DNA of 64,000 bases from Bacillota bacterium (lineage in GTDB: Bacteria > Bacillota > Clostridia > Acetivibrionales > JAMNXU01). Below, piece after piece: positions 55,840 through 64,000 of the stretch. Each line of letters begins with the position of its first letter. Within the stretch, counting starts at the first letter, position 1. The DNA is taken from contig JAMNXU010000013.1 of assembly GCA_023623175.1 (NCBI GenBank), positions 3,933-67,932 of the forward strand, in the 5' to 3' direction. Under the pieces are notes generated by a model. That model was not told the DNA's origin. It searched no databases and was given only the letters and a program-made list of their open reading frames with translations. The translations under genes and the position numbers were made by a program.

Positions 55840-57609
55840 TCATTCATACTTTCTGCTTAGTTCACTGAAATCATTGACAATCCTGTCATGGAGCTGATCC
55901 AGCAGCTCAGTCCTGTCATTGGGAATGTCAAACTTCATTTTCAGCACTTCCTGTACCACATCGAGGCTTCTTATGGTAGAAACCGGTATCCCCATCTTTA
56001 CAGCCTTAAGAGCATTTTCATACAGCGTATCAATTACCATAAGCATTTTATACTGCTTCTCCAGCGTTGTATAAGTATCCTCGCGATGAAGCGCGTTTTG
56101 CTGCAGGAAGCCTTTCTTGATAATCCGCGCCATCTCCAGTACCAGTGCCTGGTCATTGGGAAGCACATCCTCGCCGACAAGCTGGACGATCTCGTTCAGC
56201 TTGGCCTCCTCCTGCAGGAGCCGCATCATTTTCGTTCTCAGTTTCATCATGTCGGGCGACACGTTTTCGCTGTACCAGTTTTCAAGGACACCGGCATAAC
56301 CGCTGTAGCTTGTCAGGTAATTTATCGACGGATAATGCCGTGCGTAGGCCAGCTTTTTGTCGAGCGCCAGGAATGCGGAAACGAACCTCTTTGTGTTTTC
56401 CGTGACCGGTTCCGAAAAATCGCCGCCGGGTGGCGAAACGGCTCCTATTATCGTAATTGAGGCTTCCTGCCCGCCAAGGGTCTCGACGCATCCCGCGCGC
56501 TCATAAAATTCCGCAAGTCTAGAAGGCAGGTAGGCGGGATAACCTTCTTCGGCCGGCATTTCCTCGAGCCGCCCGGATATTTCTCTCAGGGCTTCGGCCC
56601 ATCTTGACGTTGAATCGGCCATCACGGCGACATCGTACCCCATGTCCCTGTAATACTCCGCCATGGCAATACCGGTGTATATGCTCGCTTCGCGCGCCGC
56701 CACGGGCATGTTCGACGTATTTGCAATCAATATGGTTCTTTCCATCAGGGGCCTGTTTGTCCTCGGGTCGATAAGCGCAGGGAACTCCTCGAGGACATCG
56801 GTCATTTCATTGCCGCGTTCGCCACAACCAATATATATGATAATATCGGCGTCGCTCCATTTTGCCAGCTGGTGTTGCGTAACGGTCTTGCCCGTTCCGA
56901 ATCCTCCCGGGATTCCCACAGTGCCGCCCTTGGCGATGGGGAAAAAGCTGTCGATTACCCTTTGCCCGGTAATCAGCGGCTTGTAGATCGGCAGCCTCTT
57001 TTTTACAGGCCTTGCCTGCCTGACCGGCCACTTGCTGCACAGTGTCAGGTCGACACGGCGTCCGTCGGGCGTTTCCAGCACCACTACCGTGTCGTTGAGC
57101 GTATACGGTCCGTCGGGTTTTGCTTCAGCTACCCTTCCGCTTATATTTGCAGGGACCATCAATTTGTGGACAATGCTCAGCGTCTCCTGCACCGTCGCAT
57201 AAACGGTTCCCGGCTGCAGGAAATCCCCCGGCCTGGCAGTTACGGTGACATCCCATTTTTTCTGATCGTCGAGGGTCAGCAGTCCTATGCCTTCGGGGAT
57301 AAAATCAGCTGAGATTTCGTTTATTTTTGCAAGCGGCCTCTGGATACCGTCAAATATGTTGCCGAGCATGCCCGGTCCCAGTGTTACCGACAGCGGTCTG
57401 CCCGTATAGTGAATTTTCTCTCCGACCTTAAGACCCTCAGTTTCCTCGTACACCTGCACCGTGGCTGTATCTCCGTCAATGGAAACAACTTCTCCGATCA
57501 GTTGCTTCTCACCGACCGTGACCATTTCATTTACCTTGAATGATCCCATGTTGACACCCTTGACCACGGGGCCGTTTATAAACACTACAATGCCTTCCCT
57601 ATGCTCCAT
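55840..57609 (-). CDS. ntpA: V-type ATPase catalytic subunit A
   Basis: Walker [23 protein letters not shown], and [17 protein letters not shown]. Start set at MEHREGIVV (AGGTGA RBS). Confidence 0.95.
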   Translation of the reverse strand: MEHREGIVVFINGPVVKGVNMGSFKVNEMVTVGEKQLIGEVVSIDGDTATVQVYEETEGLKVGEKIHYTGRPLSVTLGPGMLGNIFDGIQRPLAKINEISADFIPEGIGLLTLDDQKKWDVTVTARPGDFLQPGTVYATVQETLSIVHKLMVPANISGRVAEAKPDGPYTLNDTVVVLETPDGRRVDLTLCSKWPVRQARPVKKRLPIYKPLITGQRVIDSFFPIAKGGTVGIPGGFGTGKTVTQHQLAKWSDADIIIYIGCGERGNEMTDVLEEFPALIDPRTNRPLMERTILIANTSNMPVAAREASIYTGIAMAEYYRDMGYDVAVMADSTSRWAEALREISGRLEEMPAEEGYPAYLPSRLAEFYERAGCVETLGGQEASITIIGAVSPPGGDFSEPVTENTKRFVSAFLALDKKLAYARHYPSINYLTSYSGYAGVLENWYSENVSPDMMKLRTKMMRLLQEEAKLNEIVQLVGEDVLPNDQALVLEMARIIKKGFLQQNALHREDTYTTLEKQYKMLMVIDTLYENALKAVKMGIPVSTIRSLDVVQEVLKMKFDIPNDRTELLDQLHDRIVNDFSELSRKYE

Positions 57610-58261
57610 TTGTTTCACCTGTTTCCATTGCCCTGAACAATTCATTCATTATATAGGTCCTGTTGTCTTCCAGGAGCCTTTGAACCGACAGGTCCACGCG
57701 GACGTTGCGCGAAGAATCTACGGCTATGAATCCTCCTATTATGCTGTCAGGCGCCTTTTCAAAAACAACGTCAATATCCCGCGAATCGGCTTCCGCCTCC
57801 CGGGCGACCGACGCGGCAATCCGGCTTCTGACAATATCCGCAAACCTTGCGCAGTCCCTCTCCGTCATATATACGGTCACGCCCGTTGAAGGGCGTTCGG
57901 TCTCCATGTATTTCCCCACGAGCTGTTCCAAATATCCACCGTATTTTTCTGACTGCACAAACCTGTCGATTTCTTCCCTGAGGCGCTTCATAAACGTTTC
58001 AAAAAGGTTTTGCCGCACGGCAGTTATCTCCTTTTTGAGCCATATCCTGTCGCGGCTTTCTGTCCTTGCCTTTTCCGCCTCGGCTTTCTTCACTGATTTT
58101 CTTATTATTTCCTCGGCCTCGGCATCGGCCGCTTCGCGGTTTTTCAAAATTTTATCCCTGTATTCGGCCTTCAGCTTCTCCAGGTCCCCGGCGAACTTTT
58201 CGTTCATCGAGCGTTGCAAAAGACTGGAAAACAGCGCGAGTTTCTGATCAATCGTTACCAT
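57599..58261 (-). CDS. ntpE: V-type ATPase subunit E
   Basis: About 220 aa. Charged coiled-coil N-half plus a globular C-half. Position between F and A. Start set at MVTIDQK (GAGGTGG RBS). Confidence 0.75.
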   Translation of the reverse strand: MVTIDQKLALFSSLLQRSMNEKFAGDLEKLKAEYRDKILKNREAADAEAEEIIRKSVKKAEAEKARTESRDRIWLKKEITAVRQNLFETFMKRLREEIDRFVQSEKYGGYLEQLVGKYMETERPSTGVTVYMTERDCARFADIVRSRIAASVAREAEADSRDIDVVFEKAPDSIIGGFIAVDSSRNVRVDLSVQRLLEDNRTYIMNELFRAMETGETNGA

Positions 58262-58274
58262 TGAAAGAACCACC

Positions 58275-58583
58275 TCATATGCGTATTCCTACCGACTCCC
58301 TGATATAGTTCGTTATCCTGTCCCGTGAACGCGAAGTGCCGTGCCTGTCAGGAATCTCAACGATCAGGGGCCTTTTGCTCTTGAGCTTGAGTTTCATTAT
58401 CTCGTCGGCGCATGTGTCTACTGCTTTCTCCGTCAGGATGAGAATGCCGATTTCTTCATTTTTGAGCGCATCCCTGACCGCCTGCATTACCTCTTCGCGG
58501 GTGTGTGCTATGACGCCGTCAATTCCCGCAAGCTTCATGCCGACCCATGTATCCTTGTTGTCGCTTATCAGGAAAGATTTCAT
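58275..58583 (-). CDS. ntpF: V-type ATPase subunit F
   Basis: 102 aa, MKSFLISDNKDTWVGMKLAGIDGV...IGILILTEK. This is the typical F-subunit fold signature. GAGGGA RBS. Confidence 0.85.
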   Translation of the reverse strand: MKSFLISDNKDTWVGMKLAGIDGVIAHTREEVMQAVRDALKNEEIGILILTEKAVDTCADEIMKLKLKSKRPLIVEIPDRHGTSRSRDRITNYIRESVGIRI

Positions 58584-58623
58584 ATTGGTATCCCTCGTTA
58601 ATTCCTGTAAAAGTAACAAATCC

Positions 58624-59067
58624 TCAGACGAAAAGGATCAATATGGATATGATCATTCCATATATGGCTATACCTTCGGCCATTCCCACGAAAATCAGAG
58701 TTTTGCCGAGCAGCGAGGCGTCTTCCGAAACCGCACCGACAGCCGAAGAACCAACGGATCCGACGGCCAGGCCCGTTCCTATCGTAGCGAGGCCGGTACT
58801 CAGCGCCGCAGCGAGATACTTGAATCCTTCAGCAAGTCCCGAGCCCGTTGCAGCCGCATTTGCAGTTTCCGGTTCAACCGCGGCAAAAACGGTGTTCCCG
58901 GACAACAATTGAATGAACAGAGCGATCATTACGACCCCGAAAGCCGATACCGACGCAAACACTGCCTTTTTGACGCTTCCCTTTTTATTTCTCTTCAGGG
59001 CTCTCCTGCCGTACAAAACGGTACCCGAAGCGATTGCCACCAGCGCTGCCATCAGAAAAATTTCCAT
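58624..59067 (-). CDS. ntpK: V-type ATPase proteolipid subunit K
   Basis: 147 aa, hydrophobic. Gly-rich helices GLAVGSVGSSAVGA and the essential Glu in GMAEGIAIYG. Confidence 0.85.
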   Translation of the reverse strand: MEIFLMAALVAIASGTVLYGRRALKRNKKGSVKKAVFASVSAFGVVMIALFIQLLSGNTVFAAVEPETANAAATGSGLAEGFKYLAAALSTGLATIGTGLAVGSVGSSAVGAVSEDASLLGKTLIFVGMAEGIAIYGMIISILILFV

Positions 59068-59308
59068 AAAGATTCATCCTTTCTTTTACCTGCATTTAAA
59101 TATGTGAAATACTGCATAAATATTTGTAATATTGCAATTAGCAATGTTGCAATTTAAATGCTGCATAATGTCTTTTTCGCTGCCGTCGCTTAAACTGCCT
59201 GTCCCCGTCCTGTCCTTGTCAATTCAGGTAACCATTCTATTGTTTCATATGCCCTGACAATTTTCACAGCATTTTCCGTCCTTGAGCCAACCACTTGATT
59301 TTGTATGC

Positions 59309-61300
59309 TTAACCGTCTATTCTCACGGGGTCAAACGCAACTCCTTCGCCGCGGAAGAACTTGCTGAACATTTCGTAGTACGACAGCCTCAGCCCCTGGA
59401 TAAACACAACAAGGCCCTCAAGGCTGAGTATCAGTATGTTTCCGAGCAGCAGGATCAGCAGTTTCGCGAAGAAATTCTCCGTTAGCTCGGACATTACCAG
59501 GAACGCGAGAAAAAGTCCCGCATGGTTCAGCGCAAACGCGCCGACGCGGATAAAGGAAATAGCGTTGCTCAGCGTGGCCAGTATGGTTTCGACGCCTTCA
59601 AATATGCTTTCGGTCAGGAAAGTGCCGACACTGCCGTGAATGAGCGGTTTCTTGTGCTGCACGAGATTGGCGATCGGCTCCCTGAAAAGCATTACGAAAA
59701 AGCTCACAACGAGCGCCGTGACAGGAACTCCCACCGGAAGCGCTACAAAGCCCGCAAGGGAAGCTCCAGCCAGTACAAGGCTTATGAAAAACACGTATCC
59801 TGCGACTCCGTTCCTTCCGAATATTCCCTCTCCCAAATCTCCGACGCGCAGTGAATTTATTATGCCAAAGGCAAAGGACACTGTAAGCGCCGCCACTCCG
59901 AATATGACGCCCGTCAGCAGGATTGCCGGGATATTTTTCGGGTCAAGGGGTTTCCCGATAAGGCTGGGGAGCCATGGCAGCTCCGACTGCTCCAGGCCGA
60001 AGAAACTGCCGTAAACAAAGCCAAAAGCCGTCGAGCTCGCGCCCAGTCTCATCAAGACCTGTCCCGCGACCTTCATTTTCTTCCGGAGGAAGACGCCCGC
60101 GAGAAAATACACGAGTCCCTGCCCTATATCCCCGAACATTATCCCGAACATCAGGCAGAACGCAATTGCAATAAAAGGAGTCGGGTCGAGTTCGTAATAG
60201 GACGGAAGACCATACAGGCTTATCAATTCTTCAAAAGGTTTGAAAAGCCTGTTGTTCCTGAACTTCGTAGGAGGCGTCACATGATGCTCCAGTTCGTCGG
60301 CGCTCCTTTCCTCTATAATCAGCCTCGGCATTACAGGAGCCAGCGCGCTTGCGACCCTGTCCCTGTCGCTGATCCTGATCCATGCGTTCAGGACAAAGGT
60401 GGCCTGCCCGACGACGATTTCCTTCTCGAGGCTCAGTATCTTTTTTTCGAGCTTTACTACAGTGAAAATGCGGTTTAAAACGTCGCCGTATTCCTGCCTG
60501 TTTTTCTCAAGGTCCCCGGACAGTTCTCCTATTTCCCTGTTCAATAATTCTATTTTTTCCCTGGCTTTTTCGATCGTTCCGCGGATCGAATTGCCGGGCT
60601 CGTTTCTCAGGCATTCAGGAATCTCAAGCCGCGTCCAGTTCAGGGATCTCAGCAGGCTTGCAGTTTCTTCGCGGAAACTCTTCGGGAAAACAATTATGCA
60701 CAGGTTTTCCCCGGATTTCTCATGAGTGCCCAGGTTGAGCGCTATGGCGCTTATATTTTCATAGTTCTTTCTGAGCCGAATGGTGCTCTCCCTGGAAAGC
60801 GAACCTATTTCATAGTCGAAATAATTCAGGTGGGATATGGCATCAAGGTCCAGGTCCCTGTACTTGATAAATTCCAGTTTTTCTGCAAAGTTCTCCAGCC
60901 GGGCGATTTCCTCTCTTTTTTGATTTACTTCCCTTATCCTGGGTCCTATAAGCTCAGTGAGGCTTTTCAGATCATCATAGGCTTCCTTCAGGCCATAACC
61001 GTTGTCCATGACAATTTCCCGGTTGATTTTCAGCTCAACATTTAATCCCGCTGCAAGGTTTTCGAGCGTTTGCTCCATTTCACGGCATTGTTCTTCGACC
61101 TGCCTGTAATCTTCGTGGACAGCTTCCGTATGATGCGTCATAATAGACTCATATTTATGAATAATATAACTGTTGTCGTAAGATTCGCCGCTGTTGAAAA
61201 CAACATGCAGGTTTTCGCACAGAATCAGCCTTTTCAGCACTTCATGCATGTCTTCCACGGAACCCACAATTTTAAGAAACGCCATTTTCTGTATTGCCAC
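59309..61300 (-). CDS. ntpI: V-type ATPase subunit I (a-subunit homolog)
   Basis: 663 aa. Soluble coiled N-half plus a multi-TM C-half with the conserved RLxxL-type Arg region (LSNAISFIRVGAFALNHAG). GTG start behind a GGAGGTGA RBS. Confidence 0.9.
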   Translation of the reverse strand: MAIQKMAFLKIVGSVEDMHEVLKRLILCENLHVVFNSGESYDNSYIIHKYESIMTHHTEAVHEDYRQVEEQCREMEQTLENLAAGLNVELKINREIVMDNGYGLKEAYDDLKSLTELIGPRIREVNQKREEIARLENFAEKLEFIKYRDLDLDAISHLNYFDYEIGSLSRESTIRLRKNYENISAIALNLGTHEKSGENLCIIVFPKSFREETASLLRSLNWTRLEIPECLRNEPGNSIRGTIEKAREKIELLNREIGELSGDLEKNRQEYGDVLNRIFTVVKLEKKILSLEKEIVVGQATFVLNAWIRISDRDRVASALAPVMPRLIIEERSADELEHHVTPPTKFRNNRLFKPFEELISLYGLPSYYELDPTPFIAIAFCLMFGIMFGDIGQGLVYFLAGVFLRKKMKVAGQVLMRLGASSTAFGFVYGSFFGLEQSELPWLPSLIGKPLDPKNIPAILLTGVIFGVAALTVSFAFGIINSLRVGDLGEGIFGRNGVAGYVFFISLVLAGASLAGFVALPVGVPVTALVVSFFVMLFREPIANLVQHKKPLIHGSVGTFLTESIFEGVETILATLSNAISFIRVGAFALNHAGLFLAFLVMSELTENFFAKLLILLLGNILILSLEGLVVFIQGLRLSYYEMFSKFFRGEGVAFDPVRIDG

Positions 61301-61306
61301 CTGTTC

Positions 61307-62377
61307 TCACCTCCGCTCATGTTTCTTCAGGGGACCCAGATACCGGTAAAGTTCCTCCCTCGGCAACGAATACCTTATTCCTTCCGTGGCAGTTACAAGT
61401 TCCCTCACTATAATATCCAGCATGTAGATGTATAAAATCACCGGGCCTATCGTTCCTTCGAACTTCGATTTCCTGGCATATTCAAACAAAAAACCGTCAA
61501 TGTTTCGTTCAATGTCCAGGTCATTCGCGTCCGTCCCGTCCGGATGCCCGGACGTAAATATATTAAAACCGAGCAATTTGTTTGACAACTTCTGAATTTC
61601 GTCAACGGTCTTCAAATAGCACAATTGCTTCAAACGGTTAAACCCGAGCTTTTTTCCTCCCTGCAAGCTGTAAATAAGCATTTCTTCCGGCGAAATATCA
61701 AAATATTTCTTCGCCCTGTATATCCACTGCACATTGAGCAGGTCGATTTTCAGCCCTATTATGTCCATCGCCGCCTGCCTGTCGGCAGAAGCCAGTTTTT
61801 GAGCCCTGTTCAGCAGGGTTTTATAAAAAAGAAGATGAAGCTTCATTTCTATATGAAATTCCCGTTCCACCACATCCTCGTCGGTGACGGTTTTCAGGGA
61901 ATAATAGTAGGCAGTCTTTTTCAGGTATTCGAGGCACTGCGTCACATTTTTCGCCGCAAGCAGCCTGTCAATGGGCACGGAGCGATAACCGGCCGGAAGA
62001 ATGAGGATATCGGCGGCATTGTCCACCGTTTCCCCCTTGGCAATCTTCCTGATTATCGTAACGAGGTCGTTAATCTCGTATTCCATTAAAAAAGTCCGCA
62101 CAAATTCCTTATACGGTCCTGAAAAGTAGTGCAGGATGCTTTCTATTTCCTCCACCAGGTATCTTTTCAGCAGGGTTTCAAGGTCATTCCTGTGCAGTTC
62201 CCTGCTTCCGGCCCTGTCTATGATATCTTTCATGGAATAGTTGTTCCGTATATACTCTGTAACCTCGTCGACGTTTTTACAGTCCAGCAGCCGGTCGAAC
62301 TTCTCCCTGTCCGCAATATGGCCCAGTCTTGACTTTATTTTAACACTCACGGCTTCATAAGCCATGTAGGAGTTCAT
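61307..62377 (-). CDS. ntpC: V-type ATPase subunit C (d-subunit homolog)
   Basis: 356 aa, all-helical. Position upstream of ntpI. Confidence 0.8.
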   Translation of the reverse strand: MNSYMAYEAVSVKIKSRLGHIADREKFDRLLDCKNVDEVTEYIRNNYSMKDIIDRAGSRELHRNDLETLLKRYLVEEIESILHYFSGPYKEFVRTFLMEYEINDLVTIIRKIAKGETVDNAADILILPAGYRSVPIDRLLAAKNVTQCLEYLKKTAYYYSLKTVTDEDVVEREFHIEMKLHLLFYKTLLNRAQKLASADRQAAMDIIGLKIDLLNVQWIYRAKKYFDISPEEMLIYSLQGGKKLGFNRLKQLCYLKTVDEIQKLSNKLLGFNIFTSGHPDGTDANDLDIERNIDGFLFEYARKSKFEGTIGPVILYIYMLDIIVRELVTATEGIRYSLPREELYRYLGPLKKHERR

Positions 62378-62408
62378 CCAAACGTCTCCCTTCCCTCGAT
62401 GTTGCCCG

Positions 62409-62717
62409 CTACATGAAGAGCTTTTCCATCACTTTCTTCAGAACGGCGCTTTCAACCTTTTTGTAATTTTCGTTGATCCGGTCCGCCATATCCCTCATCT
62501 TTTGTTCCTGTTTCCTGTGGTTTTCCATCGCTTCACCGACAATCCGGTCATATATTTGCACGGCCTGCTTTTCAGCATCCTTCAGTCTCTTTTCCCTGTA
62601 TTCCCTCATCTCATTTTCAAGCCTTGCTCTTTCATTTTCAAGCAAGTGCCTGTTTTTACGCTCGGTTTCAAAAGCTTCGGAATCTATTCTTACTATCTGC
62701 TCAATAACTTCCTTCAC
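62409..62717 (-). CDS. Small coiled-coil protein, probable V-ATPase peripheral-stalk subunit (G/H-like)
   Basis: 102 aa, highly charged and helical (ERKNRHLLENERARLENEMREYREKRLKDAEKQA). First gene of the operon. GTG start behind a GGAGGT RBS. Confidence 0.45.
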   Translation of the reverse strand: MKEVIEQIVRIDSEAFETERKNRHLLENERARLENEMREYREKRLKDAEKQAVQIYDRIVGEAMENHRKQEQKMRDMADRINENYKKVESAVLKKVMEKLFM

Positions 62718-63114
62718 GACCGTTACCTCCGATACGCTCCATGGGCTTGTAAAATTCCATAAAATATGTACAACAATTGTTCGTTATTCTACTATATATA
62801 CTGCATCAACGGGCATGCTTACATTCCTGAGTCTCCACGTCCGCTGTTTCCGTAAAAGAAAAGCAAAAAACTTCCATTCAATGGAAGTCTTTGGGATCCA
62901 GCCGCTCCTTGTTCCATTCCAAAAGTCCCTGTGTTCATTTGTACTGCATGCCATATATGATAGTACACTATAGTACAATTTTTTTTGCAAGTCAATATGC
63001 CTCCGGATTCATAATTGGCAAAACCGGAAGGGTTTTTGCCCCTGACGGCGAATAGTGCATATATAATGCAGGAAAAATTAAAATATTCGGGAGTTTTAGA
63101 CTCAGGAACAGTTT

Positions 63115-63173
63115 GGGACACGGGGACGGTTCTCCTGTCCCAGGTTGGGACATGGGGACGGTTCTCTTGTCCC
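63115..63173. repeat. Two tandem GGGACA-family units 22 nt upstream of the hydrogenase start codon
   Basis: gggacacggggacggttctcctgtccc (63115-63141) and gggacatggggacggttctcttgtccc (63147-63173). Confidence 0.9.
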
Positions 63174-63194
63174 GAGTGACAGAACTTAGAAAGG

Positions 63195-64000
63195 ATGATC
63201 AATATAAAAAACACAAACAACAGGTTCAGTGATTTCCAGGAAAAAAGGATGATAATATTCGGCGAGCTCGTAAAAAGGTACTGGAACGGGCAGCTGCAAA
63301 ATCCCGCGGACCTTGATAGCCTTGCCAAAGACATGATGGAAAAACTCGGGCTCCTTGAAGAAGATCTACCCTTTATCAAGGACCACATAAGGATAGCCAT
63401 GGGACTTGATCCCAAGGGCGACAAGAACTTCAGCGATGAGCTTGACCTGATAAAAAAATCGAAGGAAATAAGCGAGCCCGTTATTGCGAAGATACATGGA
63501 GCCTGTGAACTTTGCGGCCATGAACGCTGTGTTTGCGAAGATGTCTGCAAGTATGACGCCCATATTTATAAAAGGAACGAAGAACCAGTAATCGTTGACA
63601 ACAAATGCCTCAGCTGCGGAGAATGCATTTCCGCATGCGATTCCGGGGCGCTCGCTGACAAGATCGAATTTGTCCCGCTGATAGATTTGCTGAAAGACAA
63701 GGCTACCCCCGTATATGCCTCGGTGGCTCCGGCCATAGTCGGCCAGTTTGGCGACGATGTTTCCATGGGACAACTTAGGACGGCTCTGAAGCTCCTGGGC
63801 TTTCGCGACATGGTGGAAACCGCGCTGTTTGCTGATATCCTGACTATAAAAGAAGCTTTTGAGTTCAGCCGGCTCGTACAGAAGGAAGGAGACTTCTTTC
63901 TCACCAGCTGTTGCTGCCCGGTATGGTTCAATATGACTAAAAAACACTATCCCCGGTTGTTCGAGCACATGTCCCCGTCCGTATCGCCCATGATTGCTTC
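63195..64000 (+). CDS. [FeFe]-hydrogenase, N-terminal ~268 codons (runs off the window end)
   Basis: Absent from the ORF track because it is open-ended. Translation: MINIKNTNNRFSDFQEKRMIIFGELVKRYWNG...CELCGHERCVCEDVCKY...DNKCLSCGECISACDSGA (two ferredoxin-type clusters), then the H-domain start PVYASVAPAIVGQFG...FFLTSCCCPVWFNM. An alternative start is ATG at 63249. Confidence 0.85.
   Translation, partial: MINIKNTNNRFSDFQEKRMIIFGELVKRYWNGQLQNPADLDSLAKDMMEKLGLLEEDLPFIKDHIRIAMGLDPKGDKNFSDELDLIKKSKEISEPVIAKIHGACELCGHERCVCEDVCKYDAHIYKRNEEPVIVDNKCLSCGECISACDSGALADKIEFVPLIDLLKDKATPVYASVAPAIVGQFGDDVSMGQLRTALKLLGFRDMVETALFADILTIKEAFEFSRLVQKEGDFFLTSCCCPVWFNMTKKHYPRLFEHMSPSVSPMIA

Noticed and set aside
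62819-63968. Minus-strand ORFs 62819..63550 (243 aa) and 63366..63968 (200 aa)
   Set aside because: They cross the divergent promoter region and repeat units, and run antisense to the [FeFe]-hydrogenase gene. The plus-strand reading gives ferredoxin-cluster and H-domain motifs.
1-64000. Search for mobile elements, prophage genes, toxin-antitoxin pairs, restriction-modification or other defence systems
   Set aside because: No transposase, integrase, recombinase, nuclease/helicase/ATPase defence signatures or terminal inverted repeats of IS size were found in any frame. The only decay signatures are the SBP pseudogenes and the small frameshifted gene.

Overview
This is 64 kb of chromosome from an anaerobic Firmicute of class Clostridia. 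The PEPCK, PurL/PurF, HydEFG and V-ATPase sequences resemble the Acetivibrio/Ruminiclostridium group, but that placement is inference. There are about 50 genes, mostly on the minus strand.

Core metabolism:
- pck (partial, open at the window start)
- purL-purF behind a guanine-type purine riboswitch
- tdh-kbl with a divergent XRE-cupin regulator
- ddh, and folT behind a THF riboswitch
- a TetR + RND efflux pair, a split chrA pair, mgtC, capA, and a cytoplasmic MEDS-domain histidine kinase

Energy/redox block (47.9-64 kb):
- TM1266-type regulator-hydE-hydF-hydG
- a nine-gene V-type ATPase operon
- the 5' part of a [FeFe]-hydrogenase gene

Accessory block 1 (29.8-35.4 kb) looks pectin-related. 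It holds a sigma-70/ECF-like protein with a ~390 aa C-terminal extension, an oligogalacturonide-lyase homolog, an SBP3::CE2 esterase fusion lipoprotein and a GDSL esterase.

Accessory block 2 (36.9-47.6 kb) is my best candidate for an undescribed system. It holds three paralogous secreted or anchored right-handed beta-helix proteins, two DNRLRE-type domains, and a 661 aa secreted protein with a PT linker and an unplaced N-domain. It also holds three copies of a large orphan solute-binding lipoprotein (one intact, one frameshifted, one 80-nt remnant). No transporter genes accompany them.

Two non-coding oddities stand out:
- A 27-nt GGGACA..TGTCCC palindromic repeat family occurs at 7 loci (about 20 units).
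- Spacers downstream of stop codons are repeatedly built from decaying tandem copies of the gene's own last 11-25 nt.

A ~365-nt ORF-free leader, with its own promoter-like and terminator-like elements, precedes the hydrogenase-maturation operon. I saw no rRNA, tRNA, CRISPR, transposase, integrase or recognisable defence genes. All calls come from reading the sequence and ORF translations; no database search was run.
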